Shown here: positions 52,487 to 61,869 of the stretch, in pieces
Layout: the number at the start of each line of letters is the position of its first letter
How positions within the stretch are numbered: the first letter of the stretch is position 1
From: Candidatus Gottesmanbacteria bacterium
GTDB taxonomy: Bacteria > Patescibacteriota > Microgenomatia > UBA10105 > UBA927
Direction: 5' to 3'
Length of the DNA stretch: 64,000 nt
NCBI GenBank assembly: GCA_963790805.1
Contig: CAWBPL010000002.1
Coordinates: 128,696 to 192,695, forward strand
The notes under the pieces: model-generated
Database searches by the model: none
What the model saw: only the letters and a program-made list of their open reading frames with translations
Told to the model about the DNA's origin: nothing
Translations under genes and position numbers: made by a program

Positions 52487-54664
52487 TTAAAATCTTCGTC
52501 TCCCGAATCCGTGATGAGGCCTGTCGCCCCTATTCTCACGATGTTCCCGAGGAGGCACTTTTTTGGCGTCTTCGCCGAAAAGCATCGAAAGATTTATACG
52601 ATGTTGATCGTCTATTTCCATTACACGGACTTTCACTTTTTGACCCAATTTCACCACATCTTCCGGACTATTCACGTACCCCGTCGACATTTGCGATACG
52701 TGGACCATTCCTTCTTTGCCCGGTAATATTTCAACGAACGCACCAAACGGTAAAATCCGCTTAACCTCGCCTTCAAATTCTTCATTCACATTGACTTCAC
52801 GCGTAAGTCCTTTCACCCATTCAACTGCCTTTGCAACGTTCTCTTCACTCGTGCCGGTAATCACAACTGATCCGTCATCATCCACATCAACAGTCGTTGT
52901 TGTAGAAGCCATAATCATACGGATAACTTTTCCACCCGGACCAATGACTTCACCGATTTTCTCTGTCGGAATTTTTACAACAGATACCTTCGGTGCATAT
53001 TGTGAAAGTGACTTTCGGTATACTGGAATGACAGAGAGCATTTTATCCAGAATCTTAAGCCGAGCCGCCCGCGCCAAAGCTAACGTCTCTTTAATCATTT
53101 CATTGGTCAATCCTTCAATTTTGACATCAAGCTGGATGGCAGTGATACCATCTTTACTTCCGGCAACTTTAAAGTCCATGTCACCTGCAAAATCTTCAAT
53201 TCCCATAATATCCGTCAAAAGAACGTATTTTTTCGGACTCGTCATAAGACCGATCGAAATACCAGCAATCGGTGTTTTAATAGGAACACCTGCATCCATA
53301 AGAGCAAGCGTCGATCCACACGTTGATGCCATCGATGTCGAACCATTACTCGACATGACTTCGCTCACTAAGCGGATAGTATATGGAAAATCTTCTTCAT
53401 TTGGAACGACAGCCAAAAGCGCCCGCTCCGCAAGTGCTCCGTGACCGATTTCTCGACGATTAGGAGTACCAATACGTCCCGTTTCTCCCACTGAGTATGG
53501 AGGCATACTGTAATGATGAATATATCGCTTTGATTCTTCACCGGCCGGACTTTCAATCAATTGTTCCATTGAAGGCGCACCCAAGGTTGCAACCGTCAAT
53601 ACTTGCGTTTGACCTCGTTTGAACATGGCACTTCCATGTGTTCGAGGAAGCAAACCGACCTCAACATCAAGAGGACGGATTTCATCTATTTTTCGTCCGT
53701 CAAATCGTTTGGCTTTTTCCAAAATGTCTTCACGAACTTTTTTCTTAAATAACGCGTCAAGCGCTTCTTCAACCGCTTTCGCTGTGTAGACATTTTCATA
53801 TTTCTCAACGATAACTTTAGCGAGTTCTGCAACTTCTGTACCACCAAATTCTTTTTCCGCTTTTTTGGCGAATGCTGCTTCCATTTCTTTTTTGTAATCT
53901 TTCATGATTTTTGCCTTCAATTCATCCGCCTCTGTTACCTCAGGTACAGCCACTTTCTTTTTACCAACTTCTTCGGTAAGTTCATTAATAAGTTTGATAA
54001 TTTTTCCATTAGCTTCTTTCGCTTTCAACACCGCTTCATAAACAATCTCATCCGGCGTCTCGCAAAATCCACCTTCAAGCATCGGAACTTTGTCTTTTGT
54101 CGAGGTGACCACAAAATCAAATTCGCTATTTTCTTGCTCAGTAATGGTTGGGTTTACGAGTAAACTTCCTTCTCCTGATTCATTTTTTACATATCCCATG
54201 CGGACAGCACTCACTGGACCCTTCCATGGTATGGAAGAAATGGATAATGCAGCTGATACAGCAACAAGACCCAAGACATCAGGATCATTGACACCGTCAA
54301 CGGACAAAACAGTAACGATGACTTGCACATCATGTTTGTATGCTTTTGGAAAAAGAGGTCGGATCGATCGATCAATAACACGACCTGCGAGTACTGCATC
54401 GTCTGTCGGTCTGCCTTCGCGTTTGACCCAGCGGGACCCTTTGATGCGACCGCCTGCGTATAACCGTTCGACATATTCAACACTCAATGGAAAATAATCA
54501 AGAGTAGTTTCCTTAGATGATGCAACAACAGTTGCAAGTACCATGGTATCGCCATATTGCGCGATAACCGCTGCATTTGCCTGTTCGGCAAAACGACCGA
54601 CTTCGAGAGATAGCGTTCGACCGCTTAATTCGATCGACTTTTTAACAATGGAATGTTTTGACAT
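52487..54664 (-). CDS. pnp: Polyribonucleotide nucleotidyltransferase (PNPase)
   Basis: It has two RNase PH domains followed by KH and S1 domains (GEVKRILPFGAFVEILPGKEGMVHVSQM). Confidence 0.97.
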   Translation of the reverse strand: MSKHSIVKKSIELSGRTLSLEVGRFAEQANAAVIAQYGDTMVLATVVASSKETTLDYFPLSVEYVERLYAGGRIKGSRWVKREGRPTDDAVLAGRVIDRSIRPLFPKAYKHDVQVIVTVLSVDGVNDPDVLGLVAVSAALSISSIPWKGPVSAVRMGYVKNESGEGSLLVNPTITEQENSEFDFVVTSTKDKVPMLEGGFCETPDEIVYEAVLKAKEANGKIIKLINELTEEVGKKKVAVPEVTEADELKAKIMKDYKKEMEAAFAKKAEKEFGGTEVAELAKVIVEKYENVYTAKAVEEALDALFKKKVREDILEKAKRFDGRKIDEIRPLDVEVGLLPRTHGSAMFKRGQTQVLTVATLGAPSMEQLIESPAGEESKRYIHHYSMPPYSVGETGRIGTPNRREIGHGALAERALLAVVPNEEDFPYTIRLVSEVMSSNGSTSMASTCGSTLALMDAGVPIKTPIAGISIGLMTSPKKYVLLTDIMGIEDFAGDMDFKVAGSKDGITAIQLDVKIEGLTNEMIKETLALARAARLKILDKMLSVIPVYRKSLSQYAPKVSVVKIPTEKIGEVIGPGGKVIRMIMASTTTTVDVDDDGSVVITGTSEENVAKAVEWVKGLTREVNVNEEFEGEVKRILPFGAFVEILPGKEGMVHVSQMSTGYVNSPEDVVKLGQKVKVRVMEIDDQHRINLSMLFGEDAKKVPPREHRENRGDRPHHGFGRRRF

Positions 54665-54692
54665 AAAAATACATGAGGATTCGCGAGGATTG

Positions 54693-54745
54693 AAGTGGGA
54701 TCATACTTGTTTTTTTAAAATAAAAAAATAAGTACCATTCCACTT
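54693..54745 (-). promoter_or_regulatory. Long imperfect hairpin in the rpsO-pnp intergenic region (pnp leader)
   Basis: AAGTGGGATCATACTT (54693..54708) pairs with AAGTACCATTCCACTT (54730..54745) at 14 of 16 positions, with an A/T-only loop. Confidence 0.4.
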
Positions 54746-54805
54746 CCCCTTACGTCTCCTCTCCTTTCAAAAAAATAACTCTATATAAACGAGCCAATAA
54801 CCAAT

Positions 54806-55219
54806 TTACTTCCCCAGTCCGAGTTTCTGTGCAATTGCCTTGTATCGTTTGGCATCTTTCTTTTCCAGATAGCTTAACAATCTTCGGCGCTTGCTGACAA
54901 TTCCAAGTAATCCCCGTCGCGAATGGTTGTCCGCCGGATTACTTTTAAGATGCAAAACGAGTTTTTCAATGCGTTTGGTTAACAATGCCACCTGTACTTC
55001 AGGGCTCCCCGTATCCCCTTCTTTTACCTGATACTGGGAAATCACTTCTTTTTTTTCTTCGCTGGGCACCGGAACTGCAACTTCCTCTTTTTTCGGAGCT
55101 TTTTTCGCTTTTACCGGTTTGTCCGCCGCGGCTTTAGCGAAGGTGGATTTTTCTTTCGAAGCGACTTTTTTCGGAGCCTTTTTTTCTGTGGCTTTCTTCG
55201 TTGTTTTTGCTTTCGGCAT
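54806..55219 (-). CDS. rpsO: 30S ribosomal protein S15 with a ~48-aa Lys/Ala/Pro-rich N-terminal extension
   Basis: The C-terminal ~88 aa is canonical S15 ([13 protein letters not shown]...[18 protein letters not shown]). The extension is [23 protein letters not shown]... Confidence 0.9.
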   Translation of the reverse strand: MPKAKTTKKATEKKAPKKVASKEKSTFAKAAADKPVKAKKAPKKEEVAVPVPSEEKKEVISQYQVKEGDTGSPEVQVALLTKRIEKLVLHLKSNPADNHSRRGLLGIVSKRRRLLSYLEKKDAKRYKAIAQKLGLGK

Positions 55220-55248
55220 ACGCTGTTCTTAAATTATTCTTTCTATCG

Positions 55249-55271
55249 AAAAAGGAGCGTTTCTTTGCTCC
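55249..55271 (-). terminator. Rho-independent terminator after nrnA
   Basis: The reverse strand reads GGAGCaaagaaacGCTCC followed by TTTTT. Confidence 0.55.
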
Positions 55272-55345
55272 AGTAATAGTGTATTTTACATCATTCAAAG
55301 AATTTTTACAAGAAGAGTATTGCGGTTGAAAATTGACGAGTCAGC

Positions 55346-56320
55346 TTACGCAATATTGGTGCTTTTAAAAATTTTCGGCTTGAGCCAATCGGGCGGCGCC
55401 TGCTTTGTTGCCGGAGGTGGCGTTGACGTAGCCGGTTGTGCAGTTTTGGGCTCGGTTGCAGCGGCAGGTGCTGTCGGACTGACCTGCTGTGGAGAAACCG
55501 AGACAACTGGTGCTACTTCTGTTTTTTGCGGTTCGCTCGCTACTGATTCGCCGCCGCTTACCGGAACTTCTTCCCCACTCACCGGCTTCGTAAATCGTTT
55601 TCCGCCCGCCCGAAGAAGGGCTGCAGCAAGCTCATGCGCTTCCGCAGTTACTCCGGCGTTTTGAAAATTGTTCGTCGCTCCAACTAATGCGTTCAAAAGG
55701 TTTGTCGCAATATCCTCAGTCATGGCAACCCCAAGTCCGTTTAAAAGCTGGGCGGCTACTTCTGCAGTCGAAGAAGCCTGCGGGTTAACCATATTTGTGT
55801 GACCATAATGCGCATTATTCGGATGATGATCGACATTCACGATGGGTTTGGTCGCGTACAGATCTTTATCTTCATCAAACAGTTTCTTGAGACCGCCTAA
55901 ATGGATTGTGTCGACGGTGACGATGACATTGGCTGCGCTTCCGGCGTAGGAATAATGGACTTTTTCCTCACTAAACGTGTCAAAACCGGCTCTAGGCTCC
56001 ACAACGAGATTAAATTTGTTACCCTCGATATTGTAGCTGACTTTTTCGATGGATCCGTCAACGTAATCCAGAGAAATAACGAAATTTTTCTTGCCCAAGT
56101 TGTTTACAACTTTGTTTGCACCGATGAAACTCGAGAGCTCTACCGTCATCGGATCAGGACAGGCAACGATTACTTTTTTGCCCAAACCCGTGATCCCTAA
56201 ATACAAAGCGAGCGTACTTCCCATGCTGTCAAATGTTGGATGTTCGTGGGTAACAAGAAGCACCTCGTGTGCTTTATCAAGAAGATCTTTAATCTTTGTA
56301 ATATCGTTTGTAAAATCCAT
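55346..56320 (-). CDS. nrnA: DHH/DHHA1 phosphoesterase (NrnA-like nanoRNase/pAp phosphatase) with a Pro/Thr/Ala-rich tail
   Basis: Contains THEHPTFDSMGS, NVDHHPNN and a GGGH-like DHHA1 region (LRAGGKRF is only weakly similar). It has a ~75-aa low-complexity tail. Confidence 0.8.
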   Translation of the reverse strand: MDFTNDITKIKDLLDKAHEVLLVTHEHPTFDSMGSTLALYLGITGLGKKVIVACPDPMTVELSSFIGANKVVNNLGKKNFVISLDYVDGSIEKVSYNIEGNKFNLVVEPRAGFDTFSEEKVHYSYAGSAANVIVTVDTIHLGGLKKLFDEDKDLYATKPIVNVDHHPNNAHYGHTNMVNPQASSTAEVAAQLLNGLGVAMTEDIATNLLNALVGATNNFQNAGVTAEAHELAAALLRAGGKRFTKPVSGEEVPVSGGESVASEPQKTEVAPVVSVSPQQVSPTAPAAATEPKTAQPATSTPPPATKQAPPDWLKPKIFKSTNIA

Positions 56321-56468
56321 ATTTGTTATCTCTTACGTGCGGCGCGCGAAAAATTTTGTGAGCCTTCACGTGCGAGTGGGTAGGATCTCTATCGTTGATG
56401 CGGCAGAATCCACGAGAGATTTGAAGGCGATATCAAAATTTTTACGAGCTACAGCACGCAATACAATA

Positions 56469-57953
56469 CTATCCTGTAGTAACGGCAATTATACCATCAT
56501 TTAACTGAAACGCAACTGTACGGTCCAAAAGGATACCACATTCAATGCCTTTTTCAACTTTTGTCGTTTCTTCTTTTCCCTTACGAATCGTCTTAATTCT
56601 CGCGCGTCCGATTTCCTCATCTTTACGCATTATTTTAACCGTATCCCCCTTGGCGAGCCTTCCCGCGCTCACCCTTGTGCCGGCAATCCTTGTTTTTTCA
56701 TACGGGAACTCTGCAATAACCACACCTGTACCTAATTCACGCTCCTGTGTAAGAACTTCTTTCATGCCGGAAACCACTTCAGCTATTTCATCTATAAGCT
56801 CATAAATGATGTTATAGGTCCGGTATATTACTTTCTCAGTTTGGGCAAGTTTCACAACCGCAGGAGGACATTTCACATTAAACCCTACGATAAACGCCTT
56901 AGTGCTGCGGGCTAAAAGCACGTCCGCCTCGGAAATTTCCCCGATCCCGCTTCCTACCAGCTCCACCCGTTCGCCCAATGAGGCGGTAATAGCCTCGAGA
57001 GATCCTGCCGTATCAGCCTTAAGAATAATATTCAGTTTCTGCTTTTCCTGCTCAGAAACCGGCTTTAGCCAATCAGGAAGATTCTGACTATTTAATGGTT
57101 TATTTTCTGGAACTTGAGGGACAACTGGCTTTGCTATCCCCATGTATGGCTGCCCGCGGAGTACAGCACCGACCTGAGGAAGCTTGGTAAATCCGAGCAC
57201 TTCAACCGGTTTGGATGGACCGGCTGAGGTAACGCTTTTACCGTACTCATCAAACATCGCGCGCACTTTCGCGACCTGAAATGTCTCTTCATAGAGTGGA
57301 AGTCCAAATTTCATCGTCCCTTTTTTCACGATTACCGTTGCAATCATTCCTTTTCCTTTATCCAGTCGGGTTTCTATAACAACCGCCTCAAGCGGCGCCG
57401 ACTGTTCATTCGCAAGTCCTTTCATTTGAGCAACAAGGACAATCAAATCAAGAAGTTCTTTGATACCGGTTCCGGCTTTTGCGGATACGGGGGAAAGCGG
57501 AACATCACCGCCAAATCCTTCCACCTGCACCCCGTTTTTTGCCAAATCCTGCTTCAGTTTATCGAGATTTGCGGTGGGAAGATCAATTTTATTGGCAGCA
57601 ACGATCATGGGAATTCCGGCGGCTTTAATCTGTTTGATTGATTCTATAGTCTGCGGCATGACACTGTCATCGGCGGCAACGACAAGGATGGCAATATCGG
57701 CAACATTCGCTCCTCGGGAGCGCATTTTTGCAAACGCCTCATGTCCGGGGGTATCGACAAACGTGATGGTTTTTCCTTCAATCGTCACCTGATATGCTCC
57801 AATATGCTGGGTGATACCGCCAAATTCACGCCCCGCAACATTGGCTTTCCGTATCGCATCCAAAAGAGAGGTTTTACCGTGATCAACGTGACCAAGTACC
57901 GCAACAATCGGCGGCCGCATCGAAGAAGATTCTTGTGATTCCTGTTTTGTCAT
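56469..57953 (-). CDS. infB: Translation initiation factor IF-2, minimal form (494 aa)
   Basis: The G domain starts at residue ~13 (PPIVAVLGHVDHGKTSLLD). It also contains DTPGHEAF and NKID, and the C1/C2 domains are present. Confidence 0.95.
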   Translation of the reverse strand: MTKQESQESSSMRPPIVAVLGHVDHGKTSLLDAIRKANVAGREFGGITQHIGAYQVTIEGKTITFVDTPGHEAFAKMRSRGANVADIAILVVAADDSVMPQTIESIKQIKAAGIPMIVAANKIDLPTANLDKLKQDLAKNGVQVEGFGGDVPLSPVSAKAGTGIKELLDLIVLVAQMKGLANEQSAPLEAVVIETRLDKGKGMIATVIVKKGTMKFGLPLYEETFQVAKVRAMFDEYGKSVTSAGPSKPVEVLGFTKLPQVGAVLRGQPYMGIAKPVVPQVPENKPLNSQNLPDWLKPVSEQEKQKLNIILKADTAGSLEAITASLGERVELVGSGIGEISEADVLLARSTKAFIVGFNVKCPPAVVKLAQTEKVIYRTYNIIYELIDEIAEVVSGMKEVLTQERELGTGVVIAEFPYEKTRIAGTRVSAGRLAKGDTVKIMRKDEEIGRARIKTIRKGKEETTKVEKGIECGILLDRTVAFQLNDGIIAVTTG

Positions 57954-57984
57954 GATAATAAACGAATTCCCAACGTTTCATACT

Positions 57985-59169
57985 CTATTCCTGTTTTTGA
58001 TCCGCTTTATCCACCGTAGCACCCGACGTAGTCGGTGCGGAGGCGGATGGTTGAGTATTCGCTGGTGCATCTGATGTCGAAGAATTTTCCACAACTGCTT
58101 TTGTTTCATCCTTTGTAGCCTTTGCAGAAGAGGGTTCTTTCTTTTCGCTGGTTCCCGCTTCCTTAGCTTCTTCGGCTTCGGCTTTTTCAGCCGGCACGAC
58201 TTGCCCTGAGCTTGCCGAAGGGCCTTTACCCTTAATATCAATTTTCCAACCTGTTAATTTTGCCGCTAAACGGACATTTTGCCCGTCCCTGCCGATAGCC
58301 AGCGAAAGCTGATCATCGGGAATGGTTACGAGTGCCGTTTTATTTTTTTCATCGAGCGCTACTTCAATATCTTTAGCCGGAGCGAGAGCTGAAGTGATAA
58401 ACACTTTTGCATCTTCACTCCATTGAATAATGTCAACTTTTTCGCTGCCGCCGAGCTCACCGATGACCCCTTGCACGCGGACGCCTTTTTGTCCGACACA
58501 TGATCCCACGGGATCAACACCTGATTGCGTAGAATAAACTGCCACCTTGGTGCGTCCACCGGCCTCACGGGCTATAACACGAAGCTCTACCGACCCTTGG
58601 GCAACTTCCGGTACCTCACGGCGAAACAATCCCTCTACCAGACCTTTGTGCGCGCGGGAGACGATAATTTCGTTGCCGCGTGTAGTTTCGCGGATTCCTT
58701 CGATATAAAAGGTTAATCGTTGATTGAGATGATACCGTTCACCCTGACTTTGCTCCTGCGGAGGCATAACAGCCTGTGTGCGGCCGATATCAACAATGAC
58801 GCTCGGACCGTCAAAGCGAAGCACCATGCCGGGCGCAATGGAGCCGACTTTCGTCTGGTAATCAGCCAAAACTGCCTGTTTTTCCGCTTCACGGATCCGC
58901 TGGAGGATAACCTGTTTTGCCGTTTGAGCGGCGATGCGTCCGAACCCCGGAGGAGTAATGTCTTTTCCGTCTTTGGAAATTTTCGCTTCGCCTGTGTCGG
59001 CATTAAGTTCAACCTCCAATTGTTCAAGCTCATCTGCACCGTAATCTTTGCGGTATGCCGCCAAAATTGCCGCTTTGATCGTATCAATAACCACAGCAGG
59101 ATCAATACCCCGCTCGGTGGCGACCTGATTTAATGCTAAACTAAACTCGCTTCGTATTGTTGCTGGCAT
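57985..59169 (-). CDS. nusA: Transcription termination/antitermination factor NusA with a low-complexity tail
   Basis: It has the N-terminal domain, S1 and two KH domains (GVDPVGSCVGQKGVRVQ, AIGRDGQNVRLAAKLTGWKIDI), followed by a ~85-aa Ala/Glu/Ser/Thr tail. Confidence 0.95.
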   Translation of the reverse strand: MPATIRSEFSLALNQVATERGIDPAVVIDTIKAAILAAYRKDYGADELEQLEVELNADTGEAKISKDGKDITPPGFGRIAAQTAKQVILQRIREAEKQAVLADYQTKVGSIAPGMVLRFDGPSVIVDIGRTQAVMPPQEQSQGERYHLNQRLTFYIEGIRETTRGNEIIVSRAHKGLVEGLFRREVPEVAQGSVELRVIAREAGGRTKVAVYSTQSGVDPVGSCVGQKGVRVQGVIGELGGSEKVDIIQWSEDAKVFITSALAPAKDIEVALDEKNKTALVTIPDDQLSLAIGRDGQNVRLAAKLTGWKIDIKGKGPSASSGQVVPAEKAEAEEAKEAGTSEKKEPSSAKATKDETKAVVENSSTSDAPANTQPSASAPTTSGATVDKADQKQE

Positions 59170-59251
59170 ATGTTAGTACCACAGGTGATCCGCGTCTTCG
59201 CGGGAGCCTAGTGGCCTCTTCACCCCGTTTTTAACGGGGCAATCTCTTTAA

Positions 59252-59277
59252 TAAAAAAGGTGGGTTATCTTCCCACC
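59252..59277 (-). terminator. Rho-independent terminator after the HAD gene, upstream of nusA
   Basis: The reverse strand reads GGTGGGaagataaCCCACC followed by TTTTTTAT. Confidence 0.7.
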
Positions 59278-59435
59278 TCAACAACACACTATTCTTAAGA
59301 GGTATTATAGCCTGTAAGTTGCGAAGCGTCAACCTCACCTCACCCCAATGATCGCCAACGCGAATTAACTGGATAAATTGAAGATGGGGTATAAATCAGC
59401 TAGTTTATTAATTTTGAGATTCAGCTTGAGACTTA

Positions 59436-60074
59436 CTACAACGCAAAACCCTCACGGAGCGATGCAACTGAGGCGTCTGGGTCATTTGAATTAAATGCGT
59501 AAGTCGCCCAACCTCGGCTGACTGCCGGAGTGATACATTTCATATTATCATCGATAAGCAAAATTGTTGACGCTGGTACCCCACTTTTTTGTTCCGCGAG
59601 TTCATACATGGCTGAATCCGGTTTGACTACACCGGTCTCACACGACTGCAATACAAAGGCATATGGTAATTTTGGAATACTCCCATTCTCTATAGCCATT
59701 TCATACACATTAGAATAGATATTGGTCATTAAACCAATTGCATAATTCTTCGAGAGATCTGACATAATTTTATGTACAGAACGATTTGGCTGAAAGTGAC
59801 CTACCCAAAAACGGATAAAATCAATATCGTCTCCTTTATATCCCGATGCTTGCTTTATCCGTTTCCATATCTCATCTGGTTGAGCAGCTCCCCGACAAAC
59901 CGCGTCATCTAACTCCGACCAAATATTTCTGCACTGCTCGTACGGATAGTTTGTTAATTCAGAAAGCGCTTCTAACCCACCCGTAAAACGAAAAAGCACT
60001 CCGCCGACATCAAACACTGCAATCCGTGCGGTTGTAAATTCCCCGGGCTCAACATGTTGGAACTCTTCTTTCAT
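59436..60074 (-). CDS. HAD-superfamily hydrolase
   Basis: Motif I is IAVFDVGGVL, motif II is LMTN and motif IV is IDDN. The start was set to the ATG at 60074. Confidence 0.7.
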   Translation of the reverse strand: MKEEFQHVEPGEFTTARIAVFDVGGVLFRFTGGLEALSELTNYPYEQCRNIWSELDDAVCRGAAQPDEIWKRIKQASGYKGDDIDFIRFWVGHFQPNRSVHKIMSDLSKNYAIGLMTNIYSNVYEMAIENGSIPKLPYAFVLQSCETGVVKPDSAMYELAEQKSGVPASTILLIDDNMKCITPAVSRGWATYAFNSNDPDASVASLREGFAL

Positions 60075-60076
60075 AA

Positions 60077-60910
60077 TCAATTTTCTCCACCATCTGTAAC
60101 GATTGTTTGCAACGATAAATGATCCGACGACGGCGACCGATCGAGGGAAAATTCCAAAACTCGAAGGTCCCTGCCTATCCACTGTTGGTCAATTCTATGC
60201 ATACCAACATCCTGTTCTTTAAAGTGCATTGGGTATTTTTCTTTATGCGCCAATGCGCCCTCCGGCAACATGGGCCATGTAGGAAGTTGTTTTGTGTCTG
60301 TATTAGTAAAACCGGCCCGTTCAATTTTCCTCATAACAAAGCTGTCGCTATCAACATTAAAATCACCCATCAAAATCGTTCGATCTGGATGACAAAATTG
60401 CTCTAAATTAATTAACAATGTGTTTACTTGGGATTCTGTATATTTCGTCGCCTGAAAATTTTCAGAAACAGCCAGATGTGTATTAACCACCCAAACAGGT
60501 TTTCCATCAACGTTTATCATTGCCACAACGGCGTTGCGGGGCTCAACATTTCTTGGTACCTCTGTCTGCTTCCGTTCCCAATATTCTTCCAAGGTACTCA
60601 ATGGAAAACTCCGATTCTTAACAATCGGATATTTACTGAAAATTGCGTTTCCAATTTTATGATGCGTAGGGTGCCGGTCGCTTTGGAATGCGGGCACATA
60701 ATAAGATTCGTAAACTCTACCCATCTCATCCAATAAATGTTTAATTAATAATGATTTATTGGCAAAAGGCACCACTTCCGAATCCCATGCAATTACTTCC
60801 TGAAGTCCGATAACATCCGGATTAAGCTTGTGAAGATGGCTTACTACTCCCTCAATTTGTTCAAGCGTTTGGGCAGAAAAGATATTCCACGATACAACGT
60901 TTAATTGCAT
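60077..60910 (-). CDS. Endonuclease/exonuclease/phosphatase (EEP) family protein
   Basis: Contains VVSWNI, IGLQEV, GDFN and a C-terminal SDH. Confidence 0.85.
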   Translation of the reverse strand: MQLNVVSWNIFSAQTLEQIEGVVSHLHKLNPDVIGLQEVIAWDSEVVPFANKSLLIKHLLDEMGRVYESYYVPAFQSDRHPTHHKIGNAIFSKYPIVKNRSFPLSTLEEYWERKQTEVPRNVEPRNAVVAMINVDGKPVWVVNTHLAVSENFQATKYTESQVNTLLINLEQFCHPDRTILMGDFNVDSDSFVMRKIERAGFTNTDTKQLPTWPMLPEGALAHKEKYPMHFKEQDVGMHRIDQQWIGRDLRVLEFSLDRSPSSDHLSLQTIVTDGGEN

Positions 60911-60928
60911 ACGTTAGGCATCCAGGAA

Positions 60929-61846
60929 TCAGGAATTATGTTCCAACTCTTCCAAAAGTTCTTTTTGACGGTGGTTAAGGCGTGTCGGGATACTGAGTGT
61001 GATCCTGACATATTCATCGCCGCGGCCGCCGTTTCGCACGTGCGGAACACCTTTACCATGAAGTCTAATTAATGTACCTGGCTGAGTACCCGGTTGAATT
61101 CGAATCTTCACCGGCCCGTCGATGGTCGGCACGTCAACAACGGCGCCAAGCGCCGCCTGCGTATAGCTAATTTCCTGATCAACAACGAGATCGTCGCCTT
61201 CGCGGCGGTATTTTTTATCCGGCCTCACTTCAACAACGATGTCAAAATCGTCAAACCGGATACGCGAACCTGTATCCACGCCTGCCGGAATTTTGATCGT
61301 TTTTCTGACCGATCCGCCACCTGCTTCACCGCGCGGTAAATGAATATCTTTGGAAACGCCCTGCACGGCATCCATAAAATCGATGGTTATTTCATATGCA
61401 GGATGCGGCCGGCGCGAAGTGGCCCTCCCGAATCCTCCGCCAAAAAACTGTTCAAATATGTCAAACGGATCGGAAAAATCCCAGCCCGAGGCTGGTCCGC
61501 CTTGGGCGGAAAATGGGTTGTCGCCGCCGGATGAATAATAATAGGTAAACGGCCCCTGTCGGAATCCACCGGCTCCGCCAAACGGACTTTGACCTGCCGC
61601 GCCTTGGAAACCCGCGCCATGTTCAAATGCCGCATGGCCGAACTGATCATAAGTCTCACGTTTTTTCGCATCGGATAACACTTCATACGCCTCATTGATC
61701 TCTTTGAATTTTTCGTGCGCGTTCGGAGACTTATTGCGATCGGGATGCCACTGCAGCGCCAGCTTCCGGTATGCTTTTTTTACCTCCTCAACGGATGCTG
61801 ATTTATTGACTCCTAAAACTTCGTAAAAATCACGTTTTGCCGCCAT
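60929..61846 (-). CDS. dnaJ: J-domain co-chaperone, class B (DnaJ/CbpA-like, no zinc-finger)
   Basis: The J domain has the HPD motif ([13 protein letters not shown]), followed by a G/F-rich region and the C-terminal beta domains. The protein contains no Cys at all. Confidence 0.9.
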   Translation of the reverse strand: MAAKRDFYEVLGVNKSASVEEVKKAYRKLALQWHPDRNKSPNAHEKFKEINEAYEVLSDAKKRETYDQFGHAAFEHGAGFQGAAGQSPFGGAGGFRQGPFTYYYSSGGDNPFSAQGGPASGWDFSDPFDIFEQFFGGGFGRATSRRPHPAYEITIDFMDAVQGVSKDIHLPRGEAGGGSVRKTIKIPAGVDTGSRIRFDDFDIVVEVRPDKKYRREGDDLVVDQEISYTQAALGAVVDVPTIDGPVKIRIQPGTQPGTLIRLHGKGVPHVRNGGRGDEYVRITLSIPTRLNHRQKELLEELEHNS

Positions 61847-61869
61847 AAAACCTATTTATTATACATCAA

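Noticed and set aside
52716-53444. 242-aa + strand ORF inside pnp. Similar antisense ORFs lie at 48603..49214 (typA), 38264..38860 (the sortase / large-protein junction) and 14388..18948 (many in rpoB and rpoC).
   Set aside because: All are antisense or out of frame relative to unambiguous conserved genes. They are Ser/Thr/Pro-rich with no recognisable domains.
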